A DNA stretch of 37,749 bases, taken from a virus (lineage: Duplodnaviria; Caudoviricetes). Positions 36,653 through 37,749 of the stretch are shown here, in pieces; positions within the stretch are counted from its first letter, which is position 1, and the number at the start of each line of letters is the position of its first letter. Both the position numbers and the translations under genes were made by a program. The stretch covers positions 1 through 37,749 of the IMG/VR virus record IMGVR_UViG_3300037484_000558; one strand, given 5' to 3'. The notes below the pieces were generated by a model. The model was not told where the DNA came from and ran no database searches. It was given only the letters and a program-made list of their open reading frames with translations.

Positions 36653-36825
36653 TTCTTTCCGTTCGGCAGGTTCTCTCGGCCATCGAAACTGGCGTGCACT
36701 ACGAGTGGACCCTCCTGGTACGGGAGTCCAGTTTCCGGGTCAATCCACTCCTGGTTTGCCCCACAATCACAATCCAAGTCTAACACATGCTCCTGCAGGT
36801 CATCAATAGGGGCGACGTGGATCAT
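36631..36825 (-). CDS. Small His/Cys-motif protein (64 aa)
   Basis: GAGG before ATG 36825; H...EH...CDC...VVHASFDGRE. Confidence 0.65.
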   Translation of the reverse strand: MIHVAPIDDLQEHVLDLDCDCGANQEWIDPETGLPYQEGPLVVHASFDGRENLPNGKKWGVYKT

Positions 36826-37090
36826 AGCTTCCTCTCGGGGCGTTGTGGAGAATAAACGCATTGGAGACAATGACACTCTGGTATCGAGCAACCAGATACA
36901 CGAAGTTGCCAAGGATCAGATCCTCGCAGCAGTATTCAGCAGTCCAGGTTGTCGGCTCCTCCCTTGAGACTCCCCGACGTGGGTCGCTGATTTGGAAATC
37001 ACGAGGCTTGCGGACAGTGACCCATCCCCAGCCCTCGTCACACTCCACGATATCGCCGTGGCACGGCCCGCCTAGTAACAGACGCTTCAT
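36803..37090 (-). CDS. Hypothetical protein (95 aa)
   Basis: LLGGPCHG N-terminal motif; ATGA-coupled. Confidence 0.65.
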   Translation of the reverse strand: MKRLLLGGPCHGDIVECDEGWGWVTVRKPRDFQISDPRRGVSREEPTTWTAEYCCEDLILGNFVYLVARYQSVIVSNAFILHNAPRGSYDPRRPY

Positions 37091-37245
37091 TTATCAAGCT
37101 CCACAGTTTTGATATCCAGGCGATGCCGTCGCAGGTTCTGGATGGTACAAGTATCTCCGTTCACGTCGACCACCTGTGCGGGCGACCCTTCGTACAGATA
37201 CCAGCAACCAACCTGCACGTCTTCTCCGGTAGCGGTCTTGGCCAT
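37087..37245 (-). CDS. Small hypothetical protein (52 aa), not in the ORF track
   Basis: GGAG RBS; MAKTATGEDVQVGCWYLYEG...; ATGA overlap with the next gene. Confidence 0.65.
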   Translation of the reverse strand: MAKTATGEDVQVGCWYLYEGSPAQVVDVNGDTCTIQNLRRHRLDIKTVELDK

Positions 37246-37269
37246 GCTCGGCTCCTGAGTTTAGAATCA

Positions 37270-37299
37270 AAGAATCTCCGGCCCTGTTGCCAGGGCCGG
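37270..37299 (-). terminator. Intergenic hairpin, possible terminator
   Basis: CCGGCCCTG-N4-CAGGGCCGG with a weak U-tract. Confidence 0.45.
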
Positions 37300-37320
37300 G
37301 TGATCTTGGACTCCAAAGTC

Positions 37321-37737
37321 CTACACGTCAGAGCCGCCGATTTTCACCGGCAGTTCCTTGTCCAGCCGTTCCAGTTCGGCCTTACACTCCGACAGTACCT
37401 CACGCATCCGGGTGAGGGCCTTCTGTCCTTTCGCGATTTCGACTACGGCTTCGAGAATCTCGATGTCGGACTCGGCGATAATCACGCTCGCTTCGGCTTG
37501 CTGCAACTTGTTCATGCCGATGCCGAACAGCATCTGTGCTTGGAAGCGTAGGAAGCCAGCCTTCTTGCCCTTCTCAGCCGTTAGGCCCTTCTGCTCGATC
37601 AGACGCTCGCCGAGTTCGTCGACTTGACCCATCTCAACTTCGATGGCCCCGAGCATCGCCTCGGTGGTCGCTTGGTAGCGTTGCAACGTGATGTGGGCGT
37701 CGGTCACGTCCTGCTGGATCACGATGACGCCAGCCAT
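37321..37737 (-). CDS. Coiled-coil hypothetical protein (~138 aa; start near the window edge is uncertain)
   Basis: Helical, Glu/Ala-rich ORF. Confidence 0.6.
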   Translation of the reverse strand: MAGVIVIQQDVTDAHITLQRYQATTEAMLGAIEVEMGQVDELGERLIEQKGLTAEKGKKAGFLRFQAQMLFGIGMNKLQQAEASVIIAESDIEILEAVVEIAKGQKALTRMREVLSECKAELERLDKELPVKIGGSDV

Positions 37738-37749
37738 GATCGACGGCTC

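Noticed and set aside
681-37269. The 14-bp palindrome as an FNR or CRP box
   Set aside because: FNR is TTGAT-N4-ATCAA and CRP is TGTGA-N6-TCACA; here the spacing is TGA-N8-TCA.
1-37749. tRNA genes, integrase, reverse transcriptase/DGR, introns or inteins
   Set aside because: None recognised by eye; tRNAscan, Infernal and HMM searches were not run.

Overview
The window is a ~37.7 kb piece of a tailed dsDNA phage genome, probably siphovirus-like. From 28.5 kb down to position 1, the minus strand carries a late/structural operon. In order it holds a putative small terminase, an inserted cluster of membrane and exported proteins (holin-like protein, Tat-signal papain-like peptidase, thioredoxin-fold protein), a lambda gpA-type large terminase, portal, head-accessory genes, scaffold, major capsid, connector genes, major tail protein, a tail chaperone with a -1 frameshift, tape measure and tail-tip proteins. 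28.5-30.2 kb is a non-coding control region with repeats, palindromes and several sigma70-like promoters. 30.2-32.3 kb is a short plus-strand unit with a ParB-like gene. After a second non-coding gap, 33-37.7 kb holds convergent minus-strand genes (DEDDh exonuclease, DNA methyltransferase, radical-SAM-like protein, small ORFs). Four signals stand out: (1) a 14-bp palindrome TGA(T/G)-N6-(A/C)TCA found by eye 33 times across the window; (2) a shared 13-residue N-terminal leader ending R-x-x-[CA]-F on scaffold, capsid and major tail proteins; (3) a ~375-bp array of short modules joined in both orientations at CTAG sites; (4) a 25-bp inverted repeat bracketing the first plus-strand gene. All product calls come from motif recognition and gene order, not database searches.
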